A DNA stretch of 63,235 nt, the filler included, from Octopus bimaculoides (lineage: Eukaryota), in the NCBI RefSeq assembly GCF_001194135.2. It is 9 parts of 7 records of this genome, joined end to end, with 100 filler letters (N's around TTAATTAATTAA, not from the genome) between each part and the next. Parts side by side here need not be neighbours in the genome. Positions count along the whole stretch, not along the records: positions 26,559 to 46,450 come from NC_068983.1; 8 more parts are not named here. One strand, 5' to 3'. The position numbers and the translations under genes are program-made. The notes under the pieces were generated by a model that had not been told where the DNA came from, made no database searches, and saw nothing but the letters and a program-made list of their open reading frames with translations. This document shows, one piece after another, positions 26,884 through 39,889 of this stretch. Each line of letters opens with the position of its first letter. The first letter of the stretch is position 1.

Positions 26884-27844
26884 CCTGGTAGGGCATAAAG
26901 GTAGGATATTTCCAGAGAAACACTCAACCTGAACTCTGGGCTATCAACACTGTCGGATTCCAGATTAATGCCGAAATTCTTCAAGTGTAGAAAATCTTGG
27001 TTTCACGATGGTAACACCATTGTGTGAGTTTGGCGAAGAGTAAATTATAATCTAAATAATAAGAAAACAAAGAAATTCTTTAACACGTCTTTAATGATTC
27101 GTTACAGTTGTTTCTGTACCAACTCTGTTTGCAACGCCAGTTAACACAAAAATTCGAAGTGAAAATTTACATAATGTTCGAATTTCTTTTAACGATAATA
27201 AATAATTTTAGTATATATTTTTCAACACTAATATAGTATTTAATCATATATAATCGTAAATTGTCTATACTTTATATCGCTAACTGATACAAATTAAAAT
27301 TTATTCGTGGCTTTTCCCACAATATCTGGAATTTCATATGGATATTTTCGACAAGTATTACAGGTCGCAATAACACTTGAGAACAAGTCGTTTATCTAAA
27401 TTTACTTAACAAAACTCGATGTAATTTAATTTTTAGGAAGTCCCTTTATCGTCAGTTCTGAATTTTGTGTGTGTGTGGTTTGTTGGTTCAAATATTAAAT
27501 TACCTAATTTGTTTCTTTTGAAACACACTTTATAATCTACATATGTAATGGAAACTGAAAATAATGATGAAAAGTATTCTATTTCAGTTGATAGGAAAAT
27601 GTACATGTGTCTTTTTCTTCTTATATTCATACTTGAGGTAAAACATTTTTTTCCTACGTTCAGTCCTACATTACCATCCAAATATTCAACTTCATGAATT
27701 AATACATGTCTATTACTGAGGTCTTTACTAATATAAACAAAGCAAAGGAAAGAAAGGATGTGTTTTATGTCTTTCAGGAGTAAATATATTCGATGAGAAA
27801 GAGAGAAAGTATTTGAAACCATTGTTATAGTTGTTGTTGCTGTT

Positions 27845-27958
<114 letters not shown>

Positions 27959-27967
27959 NNNNNNNNN

Positions 27968-28180
27968 NGAATCGTAAGTGCGCGGGATGAAATGTCTAGC
28001 GGTATTTCGCCCGTCCCTACGTTCTGAGTTCAAATTCCGCTGGGGTCGACTTTGCTTTTCATCCTTTCTGGATCGATAAATCAAGTACCAGTAAAACATT
28101 GGGTGTCGATGTAATCGACTTATTTCCCACCCAACCAAAATGGCTGCCCTTGTGGAAAAATTTGAAAATATTATTATTAC
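27968..28180 (+). mobile_element. SINE family A, CpG-intact
   Basis: gcggtatttcgcccgtccctacgttctgagttcaaattccgctggggtcgac. Confidence 0.85.
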
Positions 28181-28784
28181 CTTGGTTTCGTTTTTTTCTG
28201 CTAATCAAATCCACTGAAGACAACAGTAACATTGACAATATCTATATACTTATAAAATTTTTTGTCTGTCTGTCTGTTCCCTATGCATTCTCAAACGGCT
28301 CCTCCAAATCAAATCAAATTTTACAAGGTAGTAGTATTAGACTCCGCGAGTGTCAATATGTAATTTCTATTTTCATTTGAACTAAAACAATGTAACATTT
28401 TTACGAAAATAATCAACTATAGTAAAGGGCATTTTATACCAGTGTGTATGTGTTTACTTGATCGTTACGTAAGAGATAGTAAAGGACATTTTATACCACG
28501 ACAACGATGACACATTTTGTATATGAGTGTGTATGTGTCTGCCAGTGTGTGTATGTGTCTGCCAGTGTGTGTGTGTGTGTTCGTTATGTACGAGATAGTA
28601 AAGGACATTTTATATCACAACCACGACACATTTTGTATATGAGTGTGTGTGTGTGTGTTTGTGTGTTTGCACATTCGGAACATAAATGTATATCTGTGTG
28701 TGTGTCTGTCTTAGTATATGTATGTGAGTGTATGTGTGCGTTAGTGTATGTGAGAGTGTATGTATGCGTATGTGTAGTTGTCAA

Positions 28785-29553
28785 CTACACTGATGTAAGC
28801 TGGCTATGTGAAAGAGCTTGGCTCCAATTAATGAAACGGTCGATAAAGTCAATCATGAACTTCAAAAGTTAACAGATACATCAGAAATGACTTTTCCATC
28901 AATTCACACAACAGATCAGGCTGTTTCTGAACACACTTAAACCTACTGGCAAGCCACTGCATAACTTGACACTAAAGCTGGATTCTCCCATCATGTTGCT
29001 TAGGAATTTTGACCCACCTCGCCTGTGTAATGGAACTCAATTGTTACTTCCATGAAGCCCCATGTCATGCAGCCAACAATCATAACAGGTAGTCAAAAAG
29101 AAGAAAATGTCTTTATTCCAAAATTTCCTCTCGTACCGACAAATGTTCCATTTGAACTTAAGAGGCTTCGGTTTCCAGTCAAACTAAGTTTTGGTATTTC
29201 AATTAATAAATCTCAGAGTCAATCCCTCAAAGTAGTTGGTCTTCATCTCTCTACTGCATGCTTATCCCATGGCCAACTCAATGTTGGTTGATTGCTCACA
29301 AGTTGGAAGCAGCAACAATTTATACATTTTGACACCAACAAAAAAATACACAATGAATATTGATTACCCTGAGGTGCTTCAAGATTGACAGATTTTCAAT
29401 TTTAAATTCTATTGTCATTTCAATTTGGATATTTTTTAATAAAATATACATATTTTGAAATAATTATGAGAAAAAAATATATCTTCATGTTTATTATTTA
29501 CTAATCTGAATTAGAACAGCAGTAACCTGAGCAACGCCGGGTAATTCAGCTAG
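28785..29553 (+). mobile_element. Helitron 3' fragment: PIF1-type helicase C-terminus, hairpin and CTAG end
   Basis: WLCERA..., FLNTLKPTGKPLHNLTLKLDSPIMLLRNFDPPRLCNGTQL, FPVKLSFGISINKSQSQSLKVVGLHL...SHGQLNVG. Subterminal hairpin acctgagcaacgccgggt (29525-29542), then CTAG|T. Confidence 0.92.
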
Positions 29554-29974
29554 TCATAAATAATTCAATATTTCAGGATTCTGATTGTGATGGATTTTGA
29601 TGATCACGATAATAATAATCACCATTAATCAGCTTAAGTCTTAAGTTTTGAGAAATTTTTTTATTGCAACATTCAGAGACTTTCAATGAAATAGTAAGAC
29701 ATGATTTTGTTTTTCAAAGTCAGTGCTCAGAAATCCGATTTCAGAAAGTATAATGATTTTATTTTTAATCTCTGTAGCTTTACAAAGATTAAATGGATAC
29801 TTGGTAATCTACATCTATTAATTTACACTTCATTAAGGAGATACATACATGCATGTATGCAAGTATGCGCACATACACACACACTTTCATATGATCAGTC
29901 CACACATCTTCTGTGTAAATGAGGCAAGCATAAATAGCATTTGTGAAATAGATTTTATTCACATTATTACAGTT

Positions 29975-30180
29975 GGCAAGCTGGCAAACTCATTAACATG
30001 CTGGGCAGAACGCTTAGCAGCATCCTTACATTCTGAGTTCAAATTCTCCAAGGTCAACTTTGTCTTTCATTCTTTTCGGATTGATAAAATAAGTACCAGT
30101 TGAACACTGGGGTCAATATAATTGACTAGATCCCATCCCCCAAAGTTTCAGTCCTTCTGCTTATAGTAGAAAAGATTACT
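29975..30180 (+). mobile_element. SINE family A, CpG-eroded
   Basis: Family motifs with CG changed to TG/CA (aaggtcaactttg, ggggtcaat). Confidence 0.75.
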
Positions 30181-30669
30181 ACCGGTAAGTAAACAACTAA
30201 AATATTTTTCCATTTACTTCATATTTAATACTCTTTCTATCTGTATCCTGCCTTATTCAACATTTCATGCATCATCAGTCCAGGATGGGAGACAATCATA
30301 TTAATTATATCATATTGTCTTTTCATTAACTGAGAAGAGCGAAAAATTTTCACTAAGATTTACATAGGACTAGTAACTGTTAGTGTAAGAAACACAGCCT
30401 TATTCCCTAAGTCATGAGAGATATGCTCAGTATTGTTTCAACCACATTCAGAAAGGATTCCTATAGCATCAGTGTCAGTATAATGTATTTTTAATGACAG
30501 AAAACATGAGAAAAAGGTAGGAGTGATTTCAAGAATATTCCTTAAATGTATAAAGAACATGGGTCAGGTAAAACAAAGTGTAATTAATTAAAAGTTTACA
30601 AGAGAATTTGTCAATGAAAAGGAGTAATCTGAGTGGACAAACTAATCAACAAGAATAAAAGAGATACAT

Positions 30670-30870
30670 ACTCTTTTACTTGTTTCAGCCATTTGACTGC
30701 GGCCATGCTGGAGCACCGCCTTTTAGTCGAGCAAATCGACCCCAGGACTTATTCTTTGGAAGCCTAGTGCTTATTCTATCGATCTCTTTTTGCTGAACCG
30801 CTAAGTTACGGGGACGTAAACACACCAGCATCGGTTGTCAAGCGATGTTGGGGGACAAACACAGATACAC

Positions 30871-30913
<43 letters not shown>

Positions 30914-31072
30914 TACGACGGGCTTCTTTCAGTTTCCGTCTACCAAATCCACTCACAAGGCTTTGGTCGGCCCGAGGCTATAGTAAAAGACACTTGCCCA
31001 AGGTGCCATGCAGTGGAAATGAACCCGGAACCATGTGGTTGGTAAGCAAGCTACTTACCACACAGCCACTAC
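30670..31072 (-). mobile_element. SINE family B, full length, young
   Basis: High similarity to 25945-26356. Confidence 0.88.
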
Positions 31073-31451
31073 ATGTGTAAAAGATTTTTTAGAAAATATA
31101 AAGGAATTTAGAATAAAATGAATCACTAACACAGCAATCACCATCTCTGTAAGAATAATTAAAACAATATTAGCAATAATCACCACCACTAGTTTCAACA
31201 ACGATATAAGCAGCATACTGTATTTGAGCCACCAGGAGAATATAAAATAAATCATGCAATATACTGTAGACTTTTCAAATGTACTTATTTCATCATTTTT
31301 TATTAAGTAATTCTCAAGAATTACCAATCATCACTTTCAGTTTATTTAGTTGCTACAAAATGATTTAAATATTTGAGTAAATGTTGTTTAGGTAAAAGAG
31401 TATATCATTTTATTGGATGGAATATTAACTAATTTTTATTCTTTATCTTAT

Positions 31452-32550
31452 TTTTTAATTTCTTAGTCTCTGGAGGATGGGCAATTCCCATGACTTCTTG
31501 CATGGCCTCTGAGATTGGTGAAAGGAAAAGAGGAAACTAACCTTATACAGAGACCAGACTTGAATGTTTACGCAAGTGAGAACTTCAGTGAAGGCACCCA
31601 AGAGCCATGTGGTGGCATTAACTTTAGCAACAGATAAAGTCAACCCCAAAAAAGAAACAGGAGCAGTCCTGATGGACTCCTACACAGTTTCCTTCAACCA
31701 AATTTCACTCACAAGGTCAATTCAAGGCTATTATAGTGAATGGATATGAAAAGCTACCAAATGTAAGGTTCGATACTAGATATAGATAGAATATGTGCAA
31801 ACTTGAAGGTGCAGGCATGGCTGTGTGATAAGAAGCTTGCTTCCCAACCACATGGTTCCAGGTTCAGTCCAACTGCATGGCACCCTGGGTAACTGTCTTC
31901 TACTACAGCCTTGAGCACTGACCAAAGCCTTGTGAATGGATTTGGTGGACAGAAACTGAAAGAAGCCAGCATATATGTATGTGCATGTGTGTGTGTGCAT
32001 GTGGGGGTGAGACTTTGTGTCTGTTAGACTCCCCACCACCACTTGAAAACTGGTGTTGGGTTTTTTTACACCAACCATAACTTAGCAGAACTGCAAAAGG
32101 AGGCCAACAGAATAAATACCAGACTTTAAAATAAGTACTGGGCTTGATTCATTCAACTAAAAAGTTCTTCAAAGTGGTGCCCCAGCATGGCTGCAGTTTA
32201 ATGATTGAAACAGATAAAAGATAAAAGATATAGGAATTTATGTAAAAATGTCTCTCTATACTGTGGTAGTAGTGCAGACCAGAGATCCAATGAACTATAT
32301 ATGAGGTGAATTTTGCTAAAAACTATAGCTGGAACAACCTACCTTTTTAATTTCTTAGTCTCTGGAGGATGGACAATTCCCATGACTTCTTGCATGGCCT
32401 CTGAGATTGGTGAAAGGAAAAGAGGAAACTAACCTTATACAGAGACCAGACTTGAATGTTTACGAAAGTGAGAACTTCAGTGAAGGCACCCAAGAGCCAT
32501 ATGGTGGCATTAACTTTAGCAACAGATAAAGTCTACCCTAAAAAAGAAAC
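31452..32550. repeat. Local direct duplication of 207 bp (31452-31658 and 32344-32550) with SINE B sequence between
   Basis: About 5 mismatches by eye. Family B plus-strand copy at ~31815-32215. Confidence 0.92.
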
Positions 32551-34119
32551 TGCTAGATAAATTGTTGATGACTGAGTGTTGAGCAGTTACAGCTCCAACA
32601 GACCTGGAAACTTTTCTTTTGAACAGAGGTCACTAATGAGAAGAATTCATCCAGATCGATTAACATTCTCTTAGACACTTTCCACATGTGATTCGTAAAG
32701 ACAATAAGAGTGAAAACAGTTGCCTGAAGTCAAAAGCTATATTTATATCTGAACCTTCAGTAAATCTGTCTTATATAGAAATATGAATGAGATGTTTTTC
32801 TGTCAATCATTGGTATTGGAGTTGGCTTTTCATTAACAAAGTTAAAGAAAAAGGTTTCCTGACAGCTGAAAGGTGACATTCATTTAAATAAAACAGAATA
32901 TATTTCCAAATCAATATATTGCAATTAATTAAATTAATTATAAATTCTAAGTGCTATTTATTTTTTGTTTGTTTGTTTTTTGTTGTTTTTGTTCTGTGAG
33001 ATTTTTACTGTTTTTTTTTTTTGTTTTTTTTTTCAGTAAATGGCAACCAGCAAAACGGACAAAAAGGGTTTCTTTAGCTGTCTTTGGTCACTATTTCCAT
33101 TAGTCTCACATTCACAAACTTAACAAATACAGCTTTTTGGCAGAATAGGGGGTTCAGATGAGAGGTTATCTTAAACTCAGCTTACAATCTAATCATAGAC
33201 AACAAACTGATCTTTACGTCTCCATTCTAATTCCTTATTTGTTTTATCTTACACACACACACACACACACACCATTAATATCAGATATGATACACCACAA
33301 AGTAAAACCAATCAATGCTTAAGCTCACCCAAACCAAATACTCTAAAACATCAGATCCACTTCACTAACCACACACTTTCTTATGTTTTGAACCACAATT
33401 CAGTTAGTTGAATCTCAAGCTAACAGAGGAGCCTCTATGCAAAAGCACAATCCTCATGAAAATAGTAAGCCAAATTTCCCTAAAAATGACATACTGTTAT
33501 CTTTGGAATGGAAGAGCAATTTAGACAATTTAACCCCAATTATAATTTTATCAGGGTAAACAATTTGGCTGGAATGTCTTTAATTAGAAGTCTGCTGAAT
33601 CAAGGTGATGTGAGTCAAAAATACAATTAGTTCAACAAATAATGTTTTAATAGGAATAATTTTCTTCTTGTAAGGCTGTGAATGACAGATTTTGTGCTTG
33701 TAGCTGATATAGGATAAGGACACAGAAATACATGCATCCTTCAATCCAGTGACATCATTCACAGCCCCTATGTTTACACATGCGTCTAGGAAGAGAATTT
33801 CCTCCCAGGACTAATTCTGTAGCAGAAGGTCTTCTAGCATCCAAATGCAATCAAATTAAATGCAATTTTACACAACTACTTCCATTTCTGATTGAACTAA
33901 GATGTTATACTCTTGTACACATACATATCTTTAAACTGTTTTTGAACTCGAAAATTATTTATTTCTAACACATAATTAGAACATCCTTAAGAACTAAGCC
34001 AATTTCCTCAGTTATTCCTAAAATTTTGGAATATTTAAAATTAATTTCAGAAATGACAGCCATACTATACTGAAGTGGATTCTTTTTTTAAATACTTATT
34101 GCAACTATTATTTTTATGA

Positions 34120-35603
34120 GGGTAGCAGCCTGGCAGAATCATAAAAGCAATGGAAAAGTACTTTGCACCATTCATTCTGGTTCTTAATGTTCTGATTTCA
34201 AATCCCACCAGGGTTAACTTTGCTTTCATCCTTCCATAGTTGATAAAATAAAGTGTCAGTCATGGATTGGAGTTGACAGAATCAACTAATCCCCTCTACT
34301 CAAAACTGCAGGCCATGAACAAAATTTAAAAAACATTGAAGGTGGTGAGCTGACAGAATCATTAGCATTTCAAACAAATTGGTTAGTGACATTTCTTCCA
34401 TCTCTTCACATTCTGAGTTCAAATCCTACCAAGATCAACTTTGCCTTTCATCCTATCAGGGTTAATAAAATAAAATAATTAGTCAATGAAAAGTATTAAT
34501 TATTAGCAATGGACGCAATATGAGTCCCAAAAGGTAATCTTTACAGCCATCTTAACATGGATGTCTTGTTAGAACACCAAATACTGCATTATCAGCCTTG
34601 AAAGATCCTCTCATATAGACACTAAGTGCATAAAAGCATACATACCAATCAGAACATCTGTCATGGGTGCTGGAATTCCCATATCATGTGATTTTATTCT
34701 ACTGGAAACCATCAGAGGAAAGCATTCACTCACCACACGCCAGTCAAATCTTGCTGTTATCAGCATCTTTTCAGGCACTGATATCACAAATAGCTTGCAG
34801 GCATCATCATCCTCATCATCATCATTATCGTTTAACGTCTGTTTTCCATGCTGACATGGGTTGGACAGTTTGACTGAGGACTGGCAAGCCAGTAGGCTGC
34901 ACCAGGCTCCAATCTGACCTGGCAAGGTTTCTACAGCTGGATGCCCTTCCTAAAGCTAACCACTCCGATAGTGCAGTGGGTGCTTTTTACATGCCACCGG
35001 CATGGGAGCCTGTCAGGCAGCATACGCATCGACCCAGACACTGGCATTAACCAAAAGTTAATTATTAGCAACAGAAGCAGCAACAGAAGTAACCTTTATA
35101 TCCAACTTAACATAGATGCTTTGTTAGAACACTGAATCATACATTGTTAACCACGAGAGATCCTCTCATATAGGCACTTGGTGCATAAAAATACACACAT
35201 AGATCATAGTAGATGAGAATCATCTGTCAGGGGTGCTGAAATTCATTCTAGTGGAAACCATCAGCTGGACATGTCCTATCACTGCATTCCAGTCAAATCT
35301 CACTGCTGCAATTTATAGATTGATGTGCCCAAATCAGTATCTAGAAATTAAAAAGGCAGGAAGTTGCCATCAAACAAAAGTGTTTGGTAGTATTTCTCTC
35401 AATTCATTATGTTCTGAATTGAAATTCCTCAGTGGTCAACTTTGCTTTTCACCTCTCAGGGGTTAGTAAAATAAAATACCAGTCAAATACTAGGTTTGAT
35501 ATAATCAACATGCTTCACTTCTCAAAAATTGTTAGCCTTGTGCCAAAATTAGAAAGAATTATTATTATTGTTATAATCACCATCATCAGCATTATCATTA
35601 TCA

Positions 35604-35637
<34 letters not shown>

Positions 35638-36680
35638 GAAAAACAGCAAGCTGGCAGTATTGTTAACACGCCGGGCAAAATATTTAATGGCATTCCATCT
35701 GTCTTTATGTTCTGAGTTCAAATCTGCCAAGATCAACTTTGCCTGTGATCCTTTCGGGGTTGATAAACTAAGTACCAGTTACATACTGAGGTTGATCTAA
35801 TCGAATGACCCTCTCCCCCAAAATTTCAGGCCCTGCGCCTAAAGTAGAAAGTCGGCAGCAAGCTGGCAAAATCATTAGCATGCTGGACAAAATGCTTAGT
35901 GGTATTTCACTCGTCACTACGTTTTGAGATCAAATTCCATTGAGATTGACTTTGTCTTTCATCCTTTCAGGGTCAATAAATTAAGTACCAGTGAAACACT
36001 AGGGTTGATGTAATCAACTTAACCCCTCCCCCAAATTTCAGGCCTTGTGCCTATAGTAGAAAGGATTATTATTAAGGTAGTGAGCTGTCAGAATCATTAA
36101 CACACAGAGCAAAATGCTAAGCGGCATTTCATACATTTTCACATTCTTTGCCTTTTTGTCCTTTCAGGATCGATAAAATAAGTACCAGTTAAACACTGGG
36201 GGTCAATGTAATTGACTAGTCCCTTCCCCCAAAATTTCAGGTGTTGTGCCTTATTAAAGCAGTGAGTTGATAGAATGCTTGGCAGGATTCCTTCCAGCTC
36301 TTTATGCTCTGAGTTCAAATATAACAGGTCAGATTTTCCTTTCATCCTTTTGGGAACAATAAAATATGTACCAGGATCAATGTCATTGACTAACTCTCGC
36401 CACTAAAATTACTGACCTTGAGCCAAAATTTCAAAGAATTGTTTTTATTAGTTAAAGGCAACAAGCTGGTAAAACCATTAGCACACTAGGCAAAATACTT
36501 AGTGGCGTTTCATTCATCTTTACATTCTAATTTCAAACTTCACTGAGGTAGACTTTGCCTTTCATCCTTTTGGGGTCAATAAAATAAGTACTGCTTGAAC
36601 ACTGGGGTCAACATAATTGACTATACCCCTCCCACAAAATTTCAGGCTTTGAGCCTATAGTAGAAAGTATTATTTTTATA
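34120..36680 (+). mobile_element. Cluster of eroded SINE family A copies (two at 34120-34490, five to six head-to-tail at 35365-36672), with one family C copy (34805-35030, minus)
   Basis: Repeated (g)caagctggcag...ttctgagttcaaat...tttgcctttcatcctttt...taagtaccag...gtgcctatagtagaaa at ~200-bp period. Confidence 0.8.
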
Positions 36681-36699
36681 AGCCAGGCCTGGGGGCCCT

Positions 36700-37380
36700 T
36701 TATCTTCAATGTGACTTTGAAGTGCCCTTGATCTTCAAAGGTTCACCGAGATTAACGGACTAATGAGATTAATGTTGTTCACACTCTGCTAAATGCAATG
36801 AAAACTAAGGTGATCACCTCCAGTATCCTCTAAAATCATCCACCTCTAATGACAATAGGCACCACTGTCTCCAGTCTTCAAATACCTGAGTTCATGGGCC
36901 AGTCAGATAAAGTGAGGAAGGTACTAGCTTGAAGGATTTGACCAGCATGGGCAATATATGGGACTGTAATCTCTCCTAATATATCAAGTTCCACTGTTTT
37001 TATACCACAGTATAGTCTGTTCAATTATGTGCTTATAAATGCTGGCTCCTATAGTCTACCCTGCAACAGTCTCTGAATAAGTGCTACACCAAAATGCTAC
37101 ATGTAGTACTTAACATGAAACAGAATGAACATGTTAATAACAAGTGTCTGTACAGAAGGCTACTAGGGTTGAGTGATAAAATAGTATCAGAAGAACAAAG
37201 CCAGCCAGTCACTGCCAGATAGCAAGTGCTATGGGAATCAACACATGAACATTGGAGAAAAGGTGGTCATATACCAATATATGTAGATGTAGTAAACTTG
37301 TAGAAATAGAAACCACTGGGGAGCTAGTAATATGTATAGAAGACCAAAATACCAAGTGAGGATTCATCTGAGGTGAACTT
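36700..37380 (+). mobile_element. Heavily decayed RTE-clade LINE C-terminal remnant
   Basis: NAMKTKVI...FKYL(G)SW...VRK.LA...MGNIWD, with RTE C-terminal-like remnants across many frameshifts. Confidence 0.45.
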
Positions 37381-37574
37381 AAATAACGATAGATGGTTGC
37401 AAGTCAACAGTAGCAGGACTGACATGTACAAAGAGGTAAATTCAAAGAGACAATGTTCTGATGAAGAAGGAATAAGCGTAGGGGGTAGCACAGGGCCAAT
37501 GGAGTTTGGCTACAGCATGAATGATGAAATAAAGAGGGAAATGTGACTCATCAATGCCTCAGAGATGGTAAAAT

Positions 37575-37905
37575 ACACCATTTCGAGCGTGGCCGTTGCC
37601 AGTAAGACATTCGAGTGAGATCGTTGCCAGTGCCGATGGACTGGCTCCTGTGCAGGTGGCACGTAAAATACACCATTTTGAGCGTAGCCGTTGCCAGTAC
37701 CACCTGACTGGCCATCGTGCCGGTGGCACATAAAAGCACCCACTACACTCTCGGAGTGGTTGGCGTTAGGAAGGGCATCCAGCTGTAGAAACTCTGCGAA
37801 ATCAGATTGGAGCCTGCTGTAGCCATCTGGTCCACCAGTCCTCAGTCAAATCGTCCAACCCATGCTAGCATGGAAAGCGGACGTTAAACGATGATGATGA
37901 TGAGT
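37575..37905 (+). mobile_element. Repeat family C (internal ~65-bp tandem units, RTE-like 3' end, (GAT)n tail)
   Basis: gccggtggcacataaaagcacccactacactctcggagtggttggcgttaggaagggcatccagctgtagaaac...gttaaacgatgatgatg. Confidence 0.85.
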
Positions 37906-38156
37906 AGTGATGGTAGAAAAGGCAGAGGAGATAGCACAACAGTAGGTCAGAGGCTAGAACATGTCTGTGAATGGCTTTACACTAATCAGTTACATGATCT
38001 TTCTCAGATTGCAATCAAGTTTGTCTGTATATGTGTAGCAGTAGCACTGTCCCAGATGTGAGAGCAGTAGCTCCTTGTGGTCCTCACCTGAGATTTACAG
38101 AAGATTAGTAGGAAAAAAAAAAGGAACACAAGAATTTACTCAGAAAAAATATTGAT

Positions 38157-38162
38157 TTTAAT
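38157..38162 (-). terminator. Candidate HADH polyadenylation signal (ATTAAA)
   Basis: ATTAAA on the minus strand ~100 nt after the stop codon, followed by a U/GU-rich tract. No transcript evidence. Confidence 0.35.
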
Positions 38163-38264
38163 ATTTTACTATAAAAGTAATATTAAAGTATGTCATGTAA
38201 AAAAAAGTTGTATTTTTTAAAGAAAGTAAAAATAATAACTGACTACAATCAAGAGCATTGATTA

Positions 38265-38383
38265 TCAGTTATATTTGTAATATCCTTCTCCTGTTTTACG
38301 TCCAAGTTTACCTTCAGCTACCAGCTTGTTCAAGAATTCACATGGTTGGAATAATTGATTATCAGGGTAAGCTTCATGCCAAC
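38265..38383 (-). CDS. HADH: Terminal coding exon of mitochondrial 3-hydroxyacyl-CoA dehydrogenase
   Basis: Minus strand reads tttctttgatatgttag|GT TGG CAT...AAC TGA = (G)[38 protein letters not shown]. This matches the HADH C-terminus (human ...[22 protein letters not shown]). Canonical AG acceptor, phase 1, 119 coding nt. Absent from the ORF track. Confidence 0.95.
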
Positions 38384-38509
38384 CTAACATATCAAAGAAA
38401 CAATACAATTATTTTAAAATAATGATTAAAAACAATGAAATTAGTCAATTTTTTTAGCTCAGTAGAATTTTTAACATAACTTGTTTCATTAGTAGTATTA
38501 TTAAGAGCA

Positions 38510-38935
38510 GTGAAGCGACAAAATCATCAGCACATTAGAAAAATACCTTGCATTATTTAGTCACAACAAAGTGGCAAGCTGGCAAAACTGTTAACGCACA
38601 GGGCAAAATGCTTAGCAGCATTTTGTCCATTCTTATGTTTTGAGTTCAAATTCCACTGAAGCCAACTTTACCTTTCATCTTTTGGGGGTCGATAAAATAA
38701 GAACCAGTTAACCACTGGGGTCGATAAAATAAGTACCAGTTGACCACTGGGGTCAATAAAATAAGTACCAGTTGAACACTGGTGACTTACCCTCGCCCCA
38801 AAAATTGCTGGCTTTGAGACAAAATTTTAAATCATTATTTAGTTACAGTCCTTTACACTCTGGATTCAAATACCTCCAAGGTTAACTTTGTCTTTCATCT
38901 TTCTGGGGTCAATAAAATAAAGTACCCTACAAGTA
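38510..38935 (+). mobile_element. SINE family A copies in the last HADH intron, with an internal 32-bp triplication
   Basis: ggggtcgataaaataagtaccagttgaccact x3 at ~38686-38782. Confidence 0.75.
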
Positions 38936-39889
38936 CTGGGTACTCATAATTATTATTATCATTGTTACCACTTCTGTATTACCAAAGACTAAGTTTGTGG
39001 ATTTAAAGGGTAGGAGAGGAAGGGCAACAAAAATATGAAACATATACTACAAGTGAGATTTGGCAATATCTAAATAGCAGACATCATAATATCAGTTATC
39101 TAAAAGATATTAGATATCATAGTTATCAGTTTGAGACAGTAAAAGAGAATAATATAATAGGGTTTGAATGTATAAACTTAAAACCTTATCAGAAGATTTC
39201 ATCATATTTTTGTTTATTATTAATCCTGTCATGTAGTGTTTCTGTTATAGCAGGGATAGTTTAAATGTCATCTCTGCTGGATTCTTGCTAAAGCAGTAAT
39301 GAACAACACAAATACTAAAATTCAACAACTGATCACATTGCAGCTTTGTGGTCAAGTGCGTTTATAACTTATTGTTAATGTTGCCCCCCCAATACTACTG
39401 TTTACTTCTGTTTTTAATCGGAGAAAATGAATTGGGAGTGAAACATGTGATGAACCCAGCATTTGGTCTTGTAAACAAGCAAGGCCTAGACTCATTGCAT
39501 TTGAGGAAATTATTGATCTTATTTATTCTTCACATGAAGAATTTACATTTATGCCAGCAATGGAGAGTAATTCTGACATTTAAACTGGAGAAAGTGGTGA
39601 GGAAAATAACAAGTTGGGTGAATAAATACAGTAGTTGAGAGATAGGCCTATTTTTTTGTGATTCAGCCCATTAGTTTGCCTAACAAATATAATAGTTTTA
39701 AAAAGGTCTATTCTCTTGAATTTGTCTGTGATTCTGACCTTTAGTTTACCTACAATCATTATTCTTGAGCTTCATGTGCATTACGTTTTTTGCTCAGCAG
39801 ACTAGGTGGAGGATAAAGTTAGACACAGGTCAGAGAAGGTTAAGGTCTGGAGAAGAAAGCAGTTAAAATGGCCTTAACAGGATCTCTGA

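Noticed and set aside
26890-27040. GC-richer island with minus-strand peptide LKNFGINLESDSVDSPEFR
   Set aside because: Weak splice signals and no recognisable homology.
28418-28645. Short local tandem duplications (also 14472-14520 and 15523-15578)
   Set aside because: Ordinary slippage products in repeat-rich DNA.
29660-30570. Possible plus-strand micro-exons (ag...gt pairs near 29676-29700, 29778-29810 and 30500-30570)
   Set aside because: Splice-like dinucleotides are expected by chance in AT-rich DNA, and the peptides are unrecognisable.
34555-35330. Diverged ~220-bp duplication (34555-34770 and 35108-35330)
   Set aside because: Low identity, a stop in the second copy's shared frame, and motifs resembling the eroded family C 3' end. 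Probably old repeat debris.
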